Below, one piece after another: positions 35,501 to 50,500 of a DNA stretch of 64,000 bases. The notes under the pieces are model-generated. The model did no database searches and was not told the DNA's origin. It saw only the letters and a list, made by a program, of their open reading frames with translations. The number at the start of each line of letters is the position of its first letter. The stretch's first letter is position 1. The translations under genes were made by a program, and so were the position numbers. The DNA is from Macrostomum hystrix (Eukaryota > Animalia > Platyhelminthes). Location: the NCBI GenBank assembly GCA_950097015.1, contig CATNEN010000024.1, forward strand, positions 6,820,001 through 6,884,000, read 5' to 3'.

Positions 35501-38500
35501 ACCATCTGAGACTAGTTTTACTCTGAGCTCACCATCTGAGACTAGTTTTGCTCTGAGCTCACCATCTGACACTAGTTATACTATGTGCTAACAATCTGAG
35601 ACTAGTTTTGCTCTGAGCTCACCATCTGAGACTAGTTTTGCTCTGAGCTCACAATCTGAGACTAGTTTTACTCTGAGCTCACCATCTGAGACTAGTTTTA
35701 CTCTGAGCTCACCATCTGAGACAGTTTTGCTCTGAGCTCACCATCTGAGACTAGTTTTGCTCTGAGCTCTCCATCTGAGACTAGTTATACTCTGAGCTCA
35801 CCATCTGAGACTAGTTTTGCTCTGAGCTCACAATCTGAGACTAGTTTTACTCTGAGCTCACCATCTGAGACTAGTTTTGCTCTGAGCTCACCATCTGAGA
35901 CTAGTTTTGCTCTGAGCTCACCATCTGAGACTAGTTATACTCTGTGCTCACAATCTGAGACTAGTTTTACTCTGAGCTCACCATCTGAGACTAGTTTTAC
36001 TCTGAGCTCACCATCTGAGACTAGTTTTGCTCTGAGCTCACAATCTGAGACTAGTTTTACTCTGAGCTCACCATCTGAGACTAGTTTTGCTCTGAGCTCA
36101 CAATCTGAGACTAGTTTTGCTCTGAGCTCACCATCTGAGACTAGTTTTACTCTGAGCTCACCATCTGAGACTAGTTTTGCTCTGAGCTCACCATCTGACA
36201 CTAGTTATACTATGTGCTAACAATCTGAGACTAGTTTTGCTCTGAGCTCACCATCTGAGACTAGTTTTGCTCTGAGCTCACAATCTGAGACTAGTTTTAC
36301 TCTGAGCTCACCATCTGAGACTAGTTTTACTCTGAGCTCACCATCTGAGACAGTTTTGCTCTGAGCTCACCATCTGAGACTAGTTTTGCTCTGAGCTCTC
36401 CATCTGAGACTAGTTATACTCTGAGCTCACCATCTGAGACTAGTTTTGCTCTGAGCTCACAATCTGAGACTAGTTTTGCTCTGAGCTCACCATCTGAGAC
36501 TAGTTTTGCTCTGAGCTCACCATCTGAGACTAGTTTTGCTCTGAGCTCACCATCTGAGACTAGTTTTGCTCTGAGCTCACCATCTGACACTAGTTATACT
36601 ATGTGCTAACAATCTGAGACTAGTTTTGCTCTGAGCTCACCATCTGAGACTAGTTTTACTCTGAGCTCACCATCTGAGACAGTTTTGCTCTGAGCTCACC
36701 ATCTGAGACTAGTTTTGCTCTGAGCTCACCATCTGAGACTAGTTTTGCTCTGAGCTCACAATCTGAGACTAGTTTTGCTCTGAGCTCACCATCTGAGACT
36801 AGTTTTACTCTGAGCTCACCATCTGAGACTAGTTTTGCTCTGAGCTCACCATCTGACACTAGTTATACTATGTGCTAACAATCTGAGACTAGTTTTGCTC
36901 TGAGCTCACCATCTGAGACTAGTTTTGCTCTGAGCTCACAATCTGAGACTAGTTTTACTCTGAGCTCACCATCTGAGACTAGTTTTACTCTGAGCTCACC
37001 ATCTGAGACAGTTTTGCTCTGAGCTCACCATCTGAGACTAGTTTTGCTCTGAGCTCTCCATCTGAGACTAGTTATACTCTGAGCTCACCATCTGAGACTA
37101 GTTTTGCTCTGAGCTCACAATCTGAGACTAGTTTTACTCTGAGCTCACCATCTGAGACTAGTTTTGCTCTGAGCTCACCATCTGAGACTAGTTTTGCTCT
37201 GAGCTCACCATCTGAGACTAGTTATACTCTGTGCTCACCATCTGAGACTAGTTTTGCTCTGTGCTCACAATCTGAGACTAGTTTTGCTCTGTGCTCACAA
37301 TCTGAGACTAGTTTTGCTCTGAGCTCACCATCTGAGACTAGTTTTGCTCTGAGCTCACCATCTGAGACTAGTTTTGCTCTGAGCTCACCATCTGAGACTA
37401 GTTTTGCTCTGAGCTCACCATCTGAGACTAGTTTTGCTCTGAGCTCACCATCTGAGACTAGTTTTGCTCTGAGCTCACCATCTGAGACTAGTTTTGCTCT
37501 GAGCTCACCATCTGAGACTAGTTATACTCTGTGCTCACAATCTGAGACTAGTTTTGCTCTGAGCTCACCATCTGAGACTAGTTTTGCTCTGAGCTCACCA
37601 TCTGAGACTAGTTATACTCTGTGCTCACCATCTGAGACTAGTTTTATTCTGTGCTCACAATCTGAGACTAGTTTTGCTCTGAGCTCACCATCTGAGACTA
37701 GTTTTGCTCTGTGCTCACAATCTGAGACTAGTTTTACTCTGAGCTCACCATCTGAGACTAGTTTTGCTCTGTGCTCACAATCTGAGACTAGTTTTGCTCT
37801 GAGCTCACCATCTGAGACTAGTTTTGCTCTGAGCTCACCATCTGAGACTAGTTTTGCTCTGAGCTCACCATCTGAGACTAGTTTTGCTCTGAGCTCACCA
37901 TCTGAGACTAGTTATACTATGTGCTAACAATCTGAGACTAGTTTTGCTCTGAGCTCACCATCTGAGACTAGTTTTACTCTGAGCTCACCATCTGAGACAG
38001 TTTTGCTCTGAGCTCACCATCTGAGACTAGTTTTGCTCTGAGCTCACCATCTGAGACTAGTTTTGCTCTGAGCTCACAATCTGAGACTAGTTTTGCTCTG
38101 AGCTCACCATCTGAGACTAGTTTTACTCTGAGCTCACCATCTGAGACTAGTTTTGCTCTGAGCTCACCATCTGACACTAGTTATACTATGTGCTAACAAT
38201 CTGAGACTAGTTTTGCTCTGAGCTCACCATCTGAGACTAGTTTTGCTCTGAGCTCACAATCTGAGACTAGTTTTACTCTGAGCTCACCATCTGAGACTAG
38301 TTTTACTCTGAGCTCACCATCTGAGACAGTTTTGCTCTGAGCTCACCATCTGAGACTAGTTTTGCTCTGAGCTCTCCATCTGAGACTAGTTATACTCTGA
38401 GCTCACCATCTGAGACTAGTTTTGCTCTGAGCTCACAATCTGAGACTAGTTTTACTCTGAGCTCACCATCTGAGACTAGTTTTGCTCTGAGCTCACCATC

Positions 38501-41500
38501 TGAGACTAGTTTTGCTCTGAGCTCACCATCTGAGACTAGTTATACTCTGTGCTCACAATCTGAGACTAGTTTTACTCTGAGCTCACCATCTGAGACTAGT
38601 TTTACTCTGAGCTCACCATCTGAGACAGTTTTGCTCTGAGCTCACCATCTGAGACTAGTTTTGCTCTGAGCTCTCCATCTGAGACTAGTTATACTCTGAG
38701 CTCACCATCTGAGACTAGTTTTGCTCTGAGCTCACCATCTGAGACTAGTTTTATTCTGTGCTCACAATCTGAGACTAGTTTTGCTCTGAGCTCACCATCT
38801 GAGACTAGTTTTACTCTGAGCTCACCATCTGAGACTAGTTATACTCTGTGCTCACAATCTGAGACTAGTTTTGCTCTGAGCTCACAATCTGAGACTAGTT
38901 TTACTCTGAGCTCACCATCTGAGACTAGTTTTACTCTGTGCTCACAATCTGAGACTAGTTTTACTCTGAGCTCACCATCTGAGACTAGTTATACTCTGTG
39001 CTCACCATCTGAGACTAGTTTTGCTCTGTGCTCACAATCTGAGACTAGTTTTGCTCTGTGCTCACAATCTGAGACTAGTTTTGCTCTGAGCTCACCATCT
39101 GAGACTAGTTTTGCTCTGAGCTCACCATCTGAGACTAGTTTTGCTCTGAGCTCACCATCTGAGACTAGTTTTGCTCTGAGCTCACCATCTGAGACTAGTT
39201 TTGCTCTGAGCTCACCATCTGAGACTAGTTTTGCTCTGAGCTCACCATCTGAGACTAGTTTTGCTCTGAGCTCACCATCTGAGACTAGTTTTGCTCTGAG
39301 CTCACCATCTGAGACTAGTTATACTCTGTGCTCACAATCTGAGACTAGTTTTGCTCTGAGCTCACCATCTGAGACTAGTTTTGCTCTGAGCTCACCATCT
39401 GAGACTAGTTATACTCTGTGCTCACCATCTGAGACTAGTTTTATTCTTTGCTCACAATCTGAGACTAGTTTTGCTCTGAGCTCACCATCTGAGACTAGTT
39501 TTGCTCTGAGCTCACCATCTGAGACTAGTTTTGCTCTGAGCTCACCATCTGAGACTAGTTTTGCTCTGAGCTCACCATCTGACACTAGTTATACTATGTG
39601 CTAACAATCTGAGACTAGTTTTGCTCTGAGCTCACCATCTGAGACTAGTTTTACTCTGAGCTCACCATCTGAGACTAGTTTTGCTCTGAGCTCACCATCT
39701 GACACTAGTTATACTATGTGCTAACAATCTGAGACTAGTTTTGCTCTGAGCTCACCATCTGAGACTAGTTTTACTCTGAGCTCACCATCTGAGACAGTTT
39801 TGCTCTGAGCTCACCATCTGAGACTAGTTTTGCTCTGAGCTCACCATCTGAGACTAGTTTTGCTCTGAGCTCACAATCTGAGACTAGTTTTGCTCTGAGC
39901 TCACCATCTGAGACTAGTTTTACTCTGAGCTCACCATCTGAGACTAGTTTTGCTCTGAGCTCACCATCTGACACTAGTTATACTATGTGCTAACAATCTG
40001 AGACTAGTTTTGCTCTGAGCTCACCATCTGAGACTAGTTTTGCTCTGAGCTCACAATCTGAGACTAGTTTTACTCTGAGCTCACCATCTGAGACTAGTTT
40101 TACTCTGAGCTCACCATCTGAGACAGTTTTGCTCTGAGCTCACCATCTGAGACTAGTTTTGCTCTGAGCTCTCCAACTGAGACTAGTTATACTCTGAGCT
40201 CACCATCTGAGACTAGTTTTGCTCTGAGCTCACAATCTGAGACTAGTTTTACTCTGAGCTCACCATCTGAGACTAGTTTTGCTCTGAGCTCACCATCTGA
40301 GACTAGTTTTGCTCTGAGCTCACCATCTGAGACTAGTTATACTCTGTGCTCACCATCTGAGACTAGTTTTGCTCTGTGCTCACAATCTGAGACTAGTTTT
40401 GCTCTGTGCTCACAATCTGAGACTAGTTTTGCTCTGAGCTCACCATCTGAGACTAGTTTTGCTCTGAGCTCACCATCTGAGACTAGTTTTGCTCTGAGCT
40501 CACCATCTGAGACTAGTTTTGCTCTGAGCTCACCATCTGAGACTAGTTTTGCTCTGAGCTCACCATCTGAGACTAGTTTTGCTCTGAGCTCACCATCTGA
40601 GACTAGTTTTGCTCTGAGCTCACCATCTGAGACTAGTTATACTCTGTGCTCACAATCTGAGACTAGTTTTGCTCTGAGCTCACCATCTGAGACTAGTTTT
40701 GCTCTGAGCTCACCATCTGAGACTAGTTATACTCTGTGCTCACCATCTGAGACTAGTTTTATTTTTTGCTCACAATCTGAGACTAGTTTTGCTCTGAGCT
40801 CACCATCTGAGACTAGTTTTGCTCTGAGCTCACCATCTGAGACTAGTTTTGCTCTGAGCTCACCATCTGAGACTAGTTTTGCTCTGAGCTCACCATCTGA
40901 GACTAGTTATACTATGTGCTAACAATCTGAGACTAGTTTTGCTCTGAGCTCACCATCTGAGACTAGTTTTACTCTGAGCTCACCATCTGAGACAGTTTTG
41001 CTCTGAGCTCACCATCTGAGACTAGTTTTGCTCTGAGCTCACCATCTGAGACTAGTTTTGCTCTGAGCTCACAATCTGAGACTAGTTTTGCTCTGAGCTC
41101 ACCATCTGAGACTAGTTTTACTCTGAGCTCACCATCTGAGACTAGTTTTGCTCTGAGCTCACCATCTGACACTAGTTATACTATGTGCTAACAATCTGAG
41201 ACTAGTTTTGCTCTGAGCTCACCATCTGAGACTAGTTTTGCTCTGAGCTCACAATCTGAGACTAGTTTTACTCTGAGCTCACCATCTGAGACTAGTTTTA
41301 CTCTGAGCTCACCATCTGAGACAGTTTTGCTCTGAGCTCACCATCTGAGACTAGTTTTGCTCTGAGCTCTCCATCTGAGACTAGTTATACTCTGAGCTCA
41401 CCATCTGAGACTAGTTTTGCTCTGAGCTCACAATCTGAGACTAGTTTTACTCTGAGCTCACCATCTGAGACTAGTTTTGCTCTGAGCTCACCATCTGAGA

Positions 41501-44500
41501 CTAGTTTTGCTCTGAGCTCACCATCTGAGACTAGTTATACTCTGTGCTCACAATCTGAGACTAGTTTTACTCTGAGCTCACCATCTGAGACTAGTTTTAC
41601 TCTGAGCTCACCATCTGAGACAGTTTTGCTCTGAGCTCACCATCTGAGACTAGTTTTGCTCTGAGCTCTCCATCTGAGACTAGTTATACTCTGAGCTCAC
41701 CATCTGAGACTAGTTTTGCTCTGAGCTCACCATCTGAGACTAGTTTTATTCTGTGCTCACAATCTGAGACTAGTTTTGCTCTGAGCTCACCATCTGAGAC
41801 TAGTTTTACTCTGAGCTCACCATCTGAGACTAGTTATACTCTGTGCTCACAATCTGAGACTAGTTTTGCTCTGAGCTCACAATCTGAGACTAGTTTTACT
41901 CTGAGCTCACCATCTGAGACTAGTTTTACTCTGTGCTCACAATCTGAGACTAGTTTTACTCTGAGCTCACCATCTGAGACTAGTTATACTCTGTGCTCAC
42001 CATCTGAGACTAGTTTTGCTCTGTGCTCACAATCTGAGACTAGTTTTGCTCTGTGCTCACAATCTGAGACTAGTTTTGCTCTGAGCTCACCATCTGAGAC
42101 TAGTTTTGCTCTGAGCTCACCATCTGAGACTAGTTTTGCTCTGAGCTCACCATCTGAGACTAGTTTTGCTCTGAGCTCACCATCTGAGACTAGTTTTGCT
42201 CTGAGCTCACCATCTGAGACTAGTTTTGCTCTGAGCTCACCATCTGAGACTAGTTTTGCTCTGAGCTCACTATCTGAGACTAGTTTTACTCTGAGCTCAC
42301 CATCTGAGACTAGTTTTGCTCTGAGCTCACCATCTGACACTAGTTATACTATGTGCTAACAATCTGAGACTAGTTTTGCTCTGAGCTCACCATCTGAGAC
42401 TAGTTTTACTCTGAGCTCACCATCTGAGACAGTTTTGCTCTGAGCTCACCATCTGAGACTAGTTTTGCTCTGAGCTCACCATCTGAGACTAGTTTTGCTC
42501 TGAGCTCACAATCTGAGACTAGTTTTGCTCTGAGCTCACCATCTGAGACTAGTTTTACTCTGAGCTCACCATCTGAGACTAGTTTTGCTCTGAGCTCACC
42601 ATCTGACACTAGTTATACTATGTGCTAACAATCTGAGACTAGTTTTGCTCTGAGCTCACCATCTGAGACTAGTTTTGCTCTGAGCTCACAATCTGAGACT
42701 AGTTTTACTCTGAGCTCACCATCTGAGACTAGTTTTACTCTGAGCTCACCATCTGAGACAGTTTTGCTCTGAGCTCACCATCTGAGACTAGTTTTGCTCT
42801 GAGCTCTCCAACTGAGACTAGTTATACTCTGAGCTCACCATCTGAGACTAGTTTTGCTCTGAGCTCACAATCTGAGACTAGTTTTACTCTGAGCTCACCA
42901 TCTGAGACTAGTTTTGCTCTGAGCTCACCATCTGAGACTAGTTTTGCTCTGAGCTCACCATCTGAGACTAGTTATACTCTGTGCTCACCATCTGAGACTA
43001 GTTTTGCTCTGTGCTCACAATCTGAGACTAGTTTTGCTCTGTGCTCACAATCTGAGACTAGTTTTGCTCTGAGCTCACCATCTGAGACTAGTTTTGCTCT
43101 GAGCTCACCATCTGAGACTAGTTTTGCTCTGAGCTCACCATCTGAGACTAGTTTTGCTCTGAGCTCACCATCTGAGACTAGTTTTGCTCTGAGCTCACCA
43201 TCTGAGACTAGTTTTGCTCTGAGCTCACCATCTGAGACTAGTTTTGCTCTGAGCTCACCATCTGAGACTAGTTATACTCTGTGCTCACAATCTGAGACTA
43301 GTTTTGCTCTGAGCTCACCATCTGAGACTAGTTTTGCTCTGAGCTCACCATCTGAGACTAGTTATACTCTGTGCTCACCATCTGAGACTAGTTTTATTTT
43401 TTGCTCACAATCTGAGACTAGTTTTGCTCTGAGCTCACCATCTGAGACTAGTTTTGCTCTGAGCTCACCATCTGAGACTAGTTTTGCTCTGAGCTCACCA
43501 TCTGAGACTAGTTTTGCTCTGAGCTCACCATCTGAGACTAGTTATACTATGTGCTAACAATCTGAGACTAGTTTTGCTCTGAGCTCACCATCTGAGACTA
43601 GTTTTACTCTGAGCTCACCATCTGAGACAGTTTTGCTCTGAGCTCACCATCTGAGACTAGTTTTGCTCTGAGCTCACCATCTGAGACTAGTTTTGCTCTG
43701 AGCTCACAATCTGAGACAAGTTTTGCTCTGAGCTCACCATCTGAGACTAGTTTTACTCTGAGCTCACCATCTGAGACTAGTTTTGCTCTGAGCTCACCAT
43801 CTGACACTAGTTATACTATGTGCTAACAATCTGAGACTAGTTTTGCTCTGAGCTCACCATCTGAGACTAGTTTTGCTCTGAGCTCACAATCTGAGACTAG
43901 TTTTACTCTGAGCTCACCATCTGAGACTAGTTTTACTCTGAGCTCACCATCTGAGACAGTTTTGCTCTGAGCTCACCATCTGAGACTAGTTTTGCTCTGA
44001 GCTCTCCAACTGAGACTAGTTATACTCTGAGCTCACCATCTGAGACTAGTTTTGCTCTGAGCTCACAATCTGAGACTAGTTTTACTCTGAGCTCACCATC
44101 TGAGACTAGTTTTGCTCTGAGCTCACCATCTGAGACTAGTTTTGCTCTGAGCTCACCATCTGAGACTAGTTATACTCTGTGCTCACCATCTGAGACTAGT
44201 TTTGCTCTGTGCTCACAATCTGAGACTAGTTTTGCTCTGTGCTCACAATCTGAGACTAGTTTTGCTCTGAGCTCACCATCTGAGACTAGTTTTGCTCTGA
44301 GCTCACCATCTGAGACTAGTTTTGCTCTGAGCTCACCATCTGAGACTAGTTTTGCTCTGAGCTCACCATCTGAGACTAGTTTTGCTCTGAGCTCACCATC
44401 TGAGACTAGTTTTGCTCTGAGCTCACCATCTGAGACTAGTTTTGCTCTGAGCTCACCATCTGAGACTAGTTATACTCTGTGCTCACAATCTGAGACTAGT

Positions 44501-47500
44501 TTTGCTCTGAGCTCACCATCTGAGACTAGTTTTGCTCTGAGCTCACCATCTGAGACTAGTTATACTCTGTGCTCACCATCTGAGACTAGTTTTATTTTTT
44601 GCTCACAATCTGAGACTAGTTTTGCTCTGAGCTCACCATCTGAGACTAGTTTTGCTCTGAGCTCACCATCTGAGACTAGTTTTGCTCTGAGCTCACCATC
44701 TGAGACTAGTTTTGCTCTGAGCTCACCATCTGAGACTAGTTATACTATGTGCTAACAATCTGAGACTAGTTTTGCTCTGAGCTCACCATCTGAGACTAGT
44801 TTTACTCTGAGCTCACCATCTGAGACAGTTTTGCTCTGAGCTCACCATCTGAGACTAGTTTTGCTCTGAGCTCACCATCTGAGACTAGTTTTGCTCTGAG
44901 CTCACAATCTGAGACTAGTTTTGCTCTGAGCTCACCATCTGAGACTAGTTTTACTCTGAGCTCACCATCTGAGACTAGTTTTGCTCTGAGCTCACCATCT
45001 GACACTAGTTATACTATGTGCTAACAATCTGAGACTAGTTTTGCTCTGAGCTCACCATCTGAGACTAGTTTTGCTCTGAGCTCACAATCTGAGACTAGTT
45101 TTACTCTGAGCTCACCATCTGAGACTAGTTTTACTCTGAGCTCACCATCTGAGACAGTTTTGCTCTGAGCTCACCATCTGAGACTAGTTTTGCTCTGAGC
45201 TCTCCATCTGAGACTAGTTATACTCTGAGCTCACCATCTGAGACTAGTTTTGCTCTGAGCTCACAATCTGAGACTAGTTTTACTCTGAGCTCACCATCTG
45301 AGACTAGTTTTGCTCTGAGCTCACCATCTGAGACTAGTTTTGCTCTGAGCTCACCATCTGAGACTAGTTATACTCTGTGCTCACAATCTGAGACTAGTTT
45401 TACTCTGAGCTCACCATCTGAGACTAGTTTTACTCTGAGCTCACCATCTGAGACAGTTTTGCTCTGAGCTCACCATCTGAGACTAGTTTTGCTCTGAGCT
45501 CTCCATCTGAGACTAGTTATACTCTGAGCTCACCATCTGAGACTAGTTTTGCTCTGAGCTCACCATCTGAGACTAGTTTTATTCTGTGCTCACAATCTGA
45601 GACTAGTTTTGCTCTGAGCTCACCATCTGAGACTAGTTTTACTCTGAGCTCACCATCTGAGACTAGTTATACTCTGAGCTCACCATCTGAGACTAGTTTT
45701 GCTCTGAGCTCACCATCTGACACTAGTTATACTATGTGCTAACAATCTGAGACTAGTTTTGCTCTGAGCTCACCATCTGAGACTAGTTTTACTCTGAGCT
45801 CACCATCTGAGACTAGTTTTGCTCTGAGCTCACCATCTGACACTAGTTATACTATGTGCTAACAATCTGAGACTAGTTTTGCTCTGAGCTCACCATCTGA
45901 GACTAGTTTTGCTCTGAGCTCACAATCTGAGACTAGTTTTACTCTGAGCTCACCATCTGAGACTAGTTTTACTCTGAGCTCACCATCTGAGACAGTTTTG
46001 CTCTGAGCTCACCATCTGAGACTAGTTTTGCTCTGAGCTCTCCAACTGAGACTAGTTATACTCTGAGCTCACCATCTGAGACTAGTTTTGCTCTGAGCTC
46101 ACAATCTGAGACTAGTTTTACTCTGAGCTCACCATCTGAGACTAGTTTTGCTCTGAGCTCACCATCTGAGACTAGTTTTGCTCTGAGCTCACCATCTGAG
46201 ACTAGTTATACTCTGTGCTCACCATCTGAGACTAGTTTTGCTCTGTGCTCACAATCTGAGACTAGTTTTGCTCTGTGCTCACAATCTGAGACTAGTTTTG
46301 CTCTGAGCTCACCATCTGAGACTAGTTTTGCTCTGAGCTCACCATCTGAGACTAGTTTTGCTCTGAGCTCACCATCTGAGACTAGTTTTGCTCTGAGCTC
46401 ACCATCTGAGACTAGTTTTGCTCTGAGCTCACCATCTGAGACTAGTTTTGCTCTGAGCTCACCATCTGAGACTAGTTTTGCTCTGAGCTCACCATCTGAG
46501 ACTAGTTATACTCTGTGCTCACAATCTGAGACTAGTTTTGCTCTGAGCTCACCATCTGAGACTAGTTTTGCTCTGAGCTCACCATCTGAGACTAGTTATA
46601 CTCTGTGCTCACCATCTGAGACTAGTTTTATTTTTTGCTCACAATCTGAGACTAGTTTTGCTCTGAGCTCACCATCTGAGACTAGTTTTGCTCTGAGCTC
46701 ACCATCTGAGACTAGTTTTGCTCTGAGCTCACCATCTGAGACTAGTTTTGCTCTGAGCTCACCATCTGAGACTAGTTATACTATGTGCTAACAATCTGAG
46801 ACTAGTTTTGCTCTGAGCTCACCATCTGAGACTAGTTTTACTCTGAGCTCACCATCTGAGACAGTTTTGCTCTGAGCTCACCATCTGAGACTAGTTTTGC
46901 TCTGAGCTCACCATCTGAGACTAGTTTTGCTCTGAGCTCACAATCTGAGACTAGTTTTGCTCTGAGCTCACCATCTGAGACTAGTTTTACTCTGAGCTCA
47001 CCATCTGAGACTAGTTTTGCTCTGAGCTCACCATCTGACACTAGTTATACTATGTGCTAACAATCTGAGACTAGTTTTGCTCTGAGCTCACCATCTGAGA
47101 CTAGTTTTGCTCTGAGCTCACAATCTGAGACTAGTTTTACTCTGAGCTCACCATCTGAGACTAGTTTTACTCTGAGCTCACCATCTGAGACAGTTTTGCT
47201 CTGAGCTCACCATCTGAGACTAGTTTTGCTCTGAGCTCTCCATCTGAGACTAGTTATACTCTGAGCTCACCATCTGAGACTAGTTTTGCTCTGAGCTCAC
47301 AATCTGAGACTAGTTTTACTCTGAGCTCACCATCTGAGACTAGTTTTGCTCTGAGCTCACCATCTGAGACTAGTTTTGCTCTGAGCTCACCATCTGAGAC
47401 TAGTTATACTCTGTGCTCACAATCTGAGACTAGTTTTACTCTGAGCTCACCATCTGAGACTAGTTTTACTCTGAGCTCACCATCTGAGACAGTTTTGCTC

Positions 47501-50500
47501 TGAGCTCACCATCTGAGACTAGTTTTGCTCTGAGCTCTCCATCTGAGACTAGTTATACTCTGAGCTCACCATCTGAGACTAGTTTTGCTCTGAGCTCACC
47601 ATCTGAGACTAGTTTTATTCTGTGCTCACAATCTGAGACTAGTTTTGCTCTGAGCTCACCATCTGAGACTAGTTTTACTCTGAGCTCACCATCTGAGACT
47701 AGTTATACTCTGTGCTCACAATCTGAGACTAGTTTTGCTCTGAGCTCACAATCTGAGACTAGTTTTACTCTGAGCTCACCATCTGAGACTAGTTTTACTC
47801 TGTGCTCACAATCTGAGACTAGTTTTACTCTGAGCTCACCATCTGAGACTAGTTATACTCTGTGCTCACCATCTGAGACTAGTTTTGCTCTGTGCTCACA
47901 ATCTGAGACTAGTTTTGCTCTGTGCTCACAATCTGAGACTAGTTTTGCTCTGAGCTCACCATCTGAGACTAGTTTTGCTCTGAGCTCACCATCTGAGACT
48001 AGTTTTGCTCTGAGCTCACCATCTGAGACTAGTTTTGCTCTGAGCTCACCATCTGAGACTAGTTTTGCTCTGAGCTCACCATCTGAGACTAGTTTTGCTC
48101 TGAGCTCACCATCTGAGACTAGTTTTGCTCTGAGCTCACCATCTGAGACTAGTTTTGCTCTGAGCTCACCATCTGAGACTAGTTATACTCTGTGCTCACA
48201 ATCTGAGACTAGTTTTGCTCTGAGCTCACCATCTGAGACTAGTTTTGCTCTGAGCTCACCATCTGAGACTAGTTATACTCTGTGCTCACCATCTGAGACT
48301 AGTTTTATTCTTTGCTCACAATCTGAGACTAGTTTTGCTCTGAGCTCACCATCTGAGACTAGTTTTGCTCTGAGCTCACCATCTGAGACTAGTTTTGCTC
48401 TGAGCTCACCATCTGAGACTAGTTTTGCTCTGAGCTCACCATCTGACACTAGTTATACTATGTGCTAACAATCTGAGACTAGTTTTGCTCTGAGCTCACC
48501 ATCTGAGACTAGTTTTACTCTGAGCTCACCATCTGAGACAGTTTTGCTCTGAGCTCACCATCTGAGACTAGTTTTGCTCTGAGCTCACCATCTGAGACTA
48601 GTTTTGCTCTGAGCTCACAATCTGAGACTAGTTTTGCTCTGAGCTCACCATCTGAGACTAGTTTTACTCTGAGCTCACCATCTGAGACTAGTTTTGCTCT
48701 GAGCTCACCATCTGACACTAGTTATACTATGTGCTAACAATCTGAGACTAGTTTTGCTCTGAGCTCACCATCTGAGACTAGTTTTGCTCTGAGCTCACAA
48801 TCTGAGACTAGTTTTACTCTGAGCTCACCATCTGAGACTAGTTTTACTCTGAGCTCACCATCTGAGACAGTTTTGCTCTGAGCTCACCATCTGAGACTAG
48901 TTTTGCTCTGAGCTCTCCATCTGAGACTAGTTATACTCTGAGCTCACCATCTGAGACTAGTTTTGCTCTGAGCTCACAATCTGAGACTAGTTTTACTCTG
49001 AGCTCACCATCTGAGACTAGTTTTGCTCTGAGCTCACCATCTGAGACTAGTTTTGCTCTGAGCTCACCATCTGAGACTAGTTATACTCTGTGCTCACAAT
49101 CTGAGACTAGTTTTACTCTGAGCTCACCATCTGAGACTAGTTTTACTCTGAGCTCACCATCTGAGACAGTTTTGCTCTGAGCTCACCATCTGAGACTAGT
49201 TTTGCTCTGAGCTCTCCATCTGAGACTAGTTATACTCTGAGCTCACCATCTGAGACTAGTTTTGCTCTGAGCTCACCATCTGAGACTAGTTTTATTCTGT
49301 GCTCACAATCTGAGACTAGTTTTGCTCTGAGCTCACCATCTGAGACTAGTTTTACTCTGAGCTCACCATCTGAGACTAGTTATACTCTGTGCTCACAATC
49401 TGAGACTAGTTTTGCTCTGAGCTCACAATCTGAGACTAGTTTTACTCTGAGCTCACCATCTGAGACTAGTTTTACTCTGTGCTCACAATCTGAGACTAGT
49501 TTTACTCTGAGCTCACCATCTGAGACTAGTTATACTCTGTGCTCACCATCTGAGACTAGTTTTGCTCTGTGCTCACAATCTGAGACTAGTTTTGCTCTGT
49601 GCTCACAATCTGAGACTAGTTTTGCTCTGAGCTCACCATCTGAGACTAGTTTTGCTCTGAGCTCACCATCTGAGACTAGTTTTGCTCTGAGCTCACTATC
49701 TGAGACTAGTTTTGCTCTGAGCTCACCATCTGAGACTAGTTTTGCTCTGAGCTCACCATCTGAGACTAGTTTTGCTCTGAGCTCACCATCTGAGACTAGT
49801 TTTGCTCTGAGCTCACCATCTGAGACTAGTTATACTCTGTGCTCACAATCTGAGACTAGTTTTGCTCTGAGCTCACCATCTGAGACTAGTTTTGCTCTGA
49901 GCTCACCATCTGAGACTAGTTATACTCTGTGCTCACCATCTGAGACTAGTTTTATTCTTTGCTCACAATCTGAGACTAGTTTTGCTCTGAGCTCACCATC
50001 TGAGACTAGTTTTGCTCTGAGCTCACCATCTGAGACTAGTTTTGCTCTGAGCTCACCATCTGAGACTAGTTTTGCTCTGAGTTATAACAGGAATGAATTA
50101 TCAGACTGCTCGCACCTGTCGCAGGTAAGCCAGTTGGCGGCCGTCGGCCAGCAGAGCGGATCCCGGCCTTAGATCTGGCAGATCGCCGGAACGCCACAAA
50201 TCGAATTGAATATTTCTAAACACATAGGGACTCATAGCCTTCACGGCGCGAAAACTAGTAAGCAATGGCTCGGATTCCATTGACCTCTGCGACCGCCGAC
50301 TTTGCCTTATCAGCCGCTGCTGCTGCTGCTGCTCGGTCGGTCTGGCAGCGAGCCTGCGTCGTCTGGTTCTCTCGTAGCGTCCAGCGGCGGAAGCGGCTTC
50401 AAACTGATCCAGACAGGTGTCCGCAGCATCCGGTATGTTGAACACATCGGACATTAACAATTGAAACACAATACTCTGACAGATGGCTAGGCTCTGGCAG

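Noticed and set aside
27015-48718. Many MSDGELRAKLVS ORFs in the ORF track
   Set aside because: Translation artefacts of the satellite; useful only as markers of higher-order structure.
9132-50081. CRISPR-like appearance of the 30-bp array and other palindromic arrays (51-bp, 110-bp)
   Set aside because: Units are contiguous with no unique spacers, there are no cas genes, and the context is eukaryotic and intronic.
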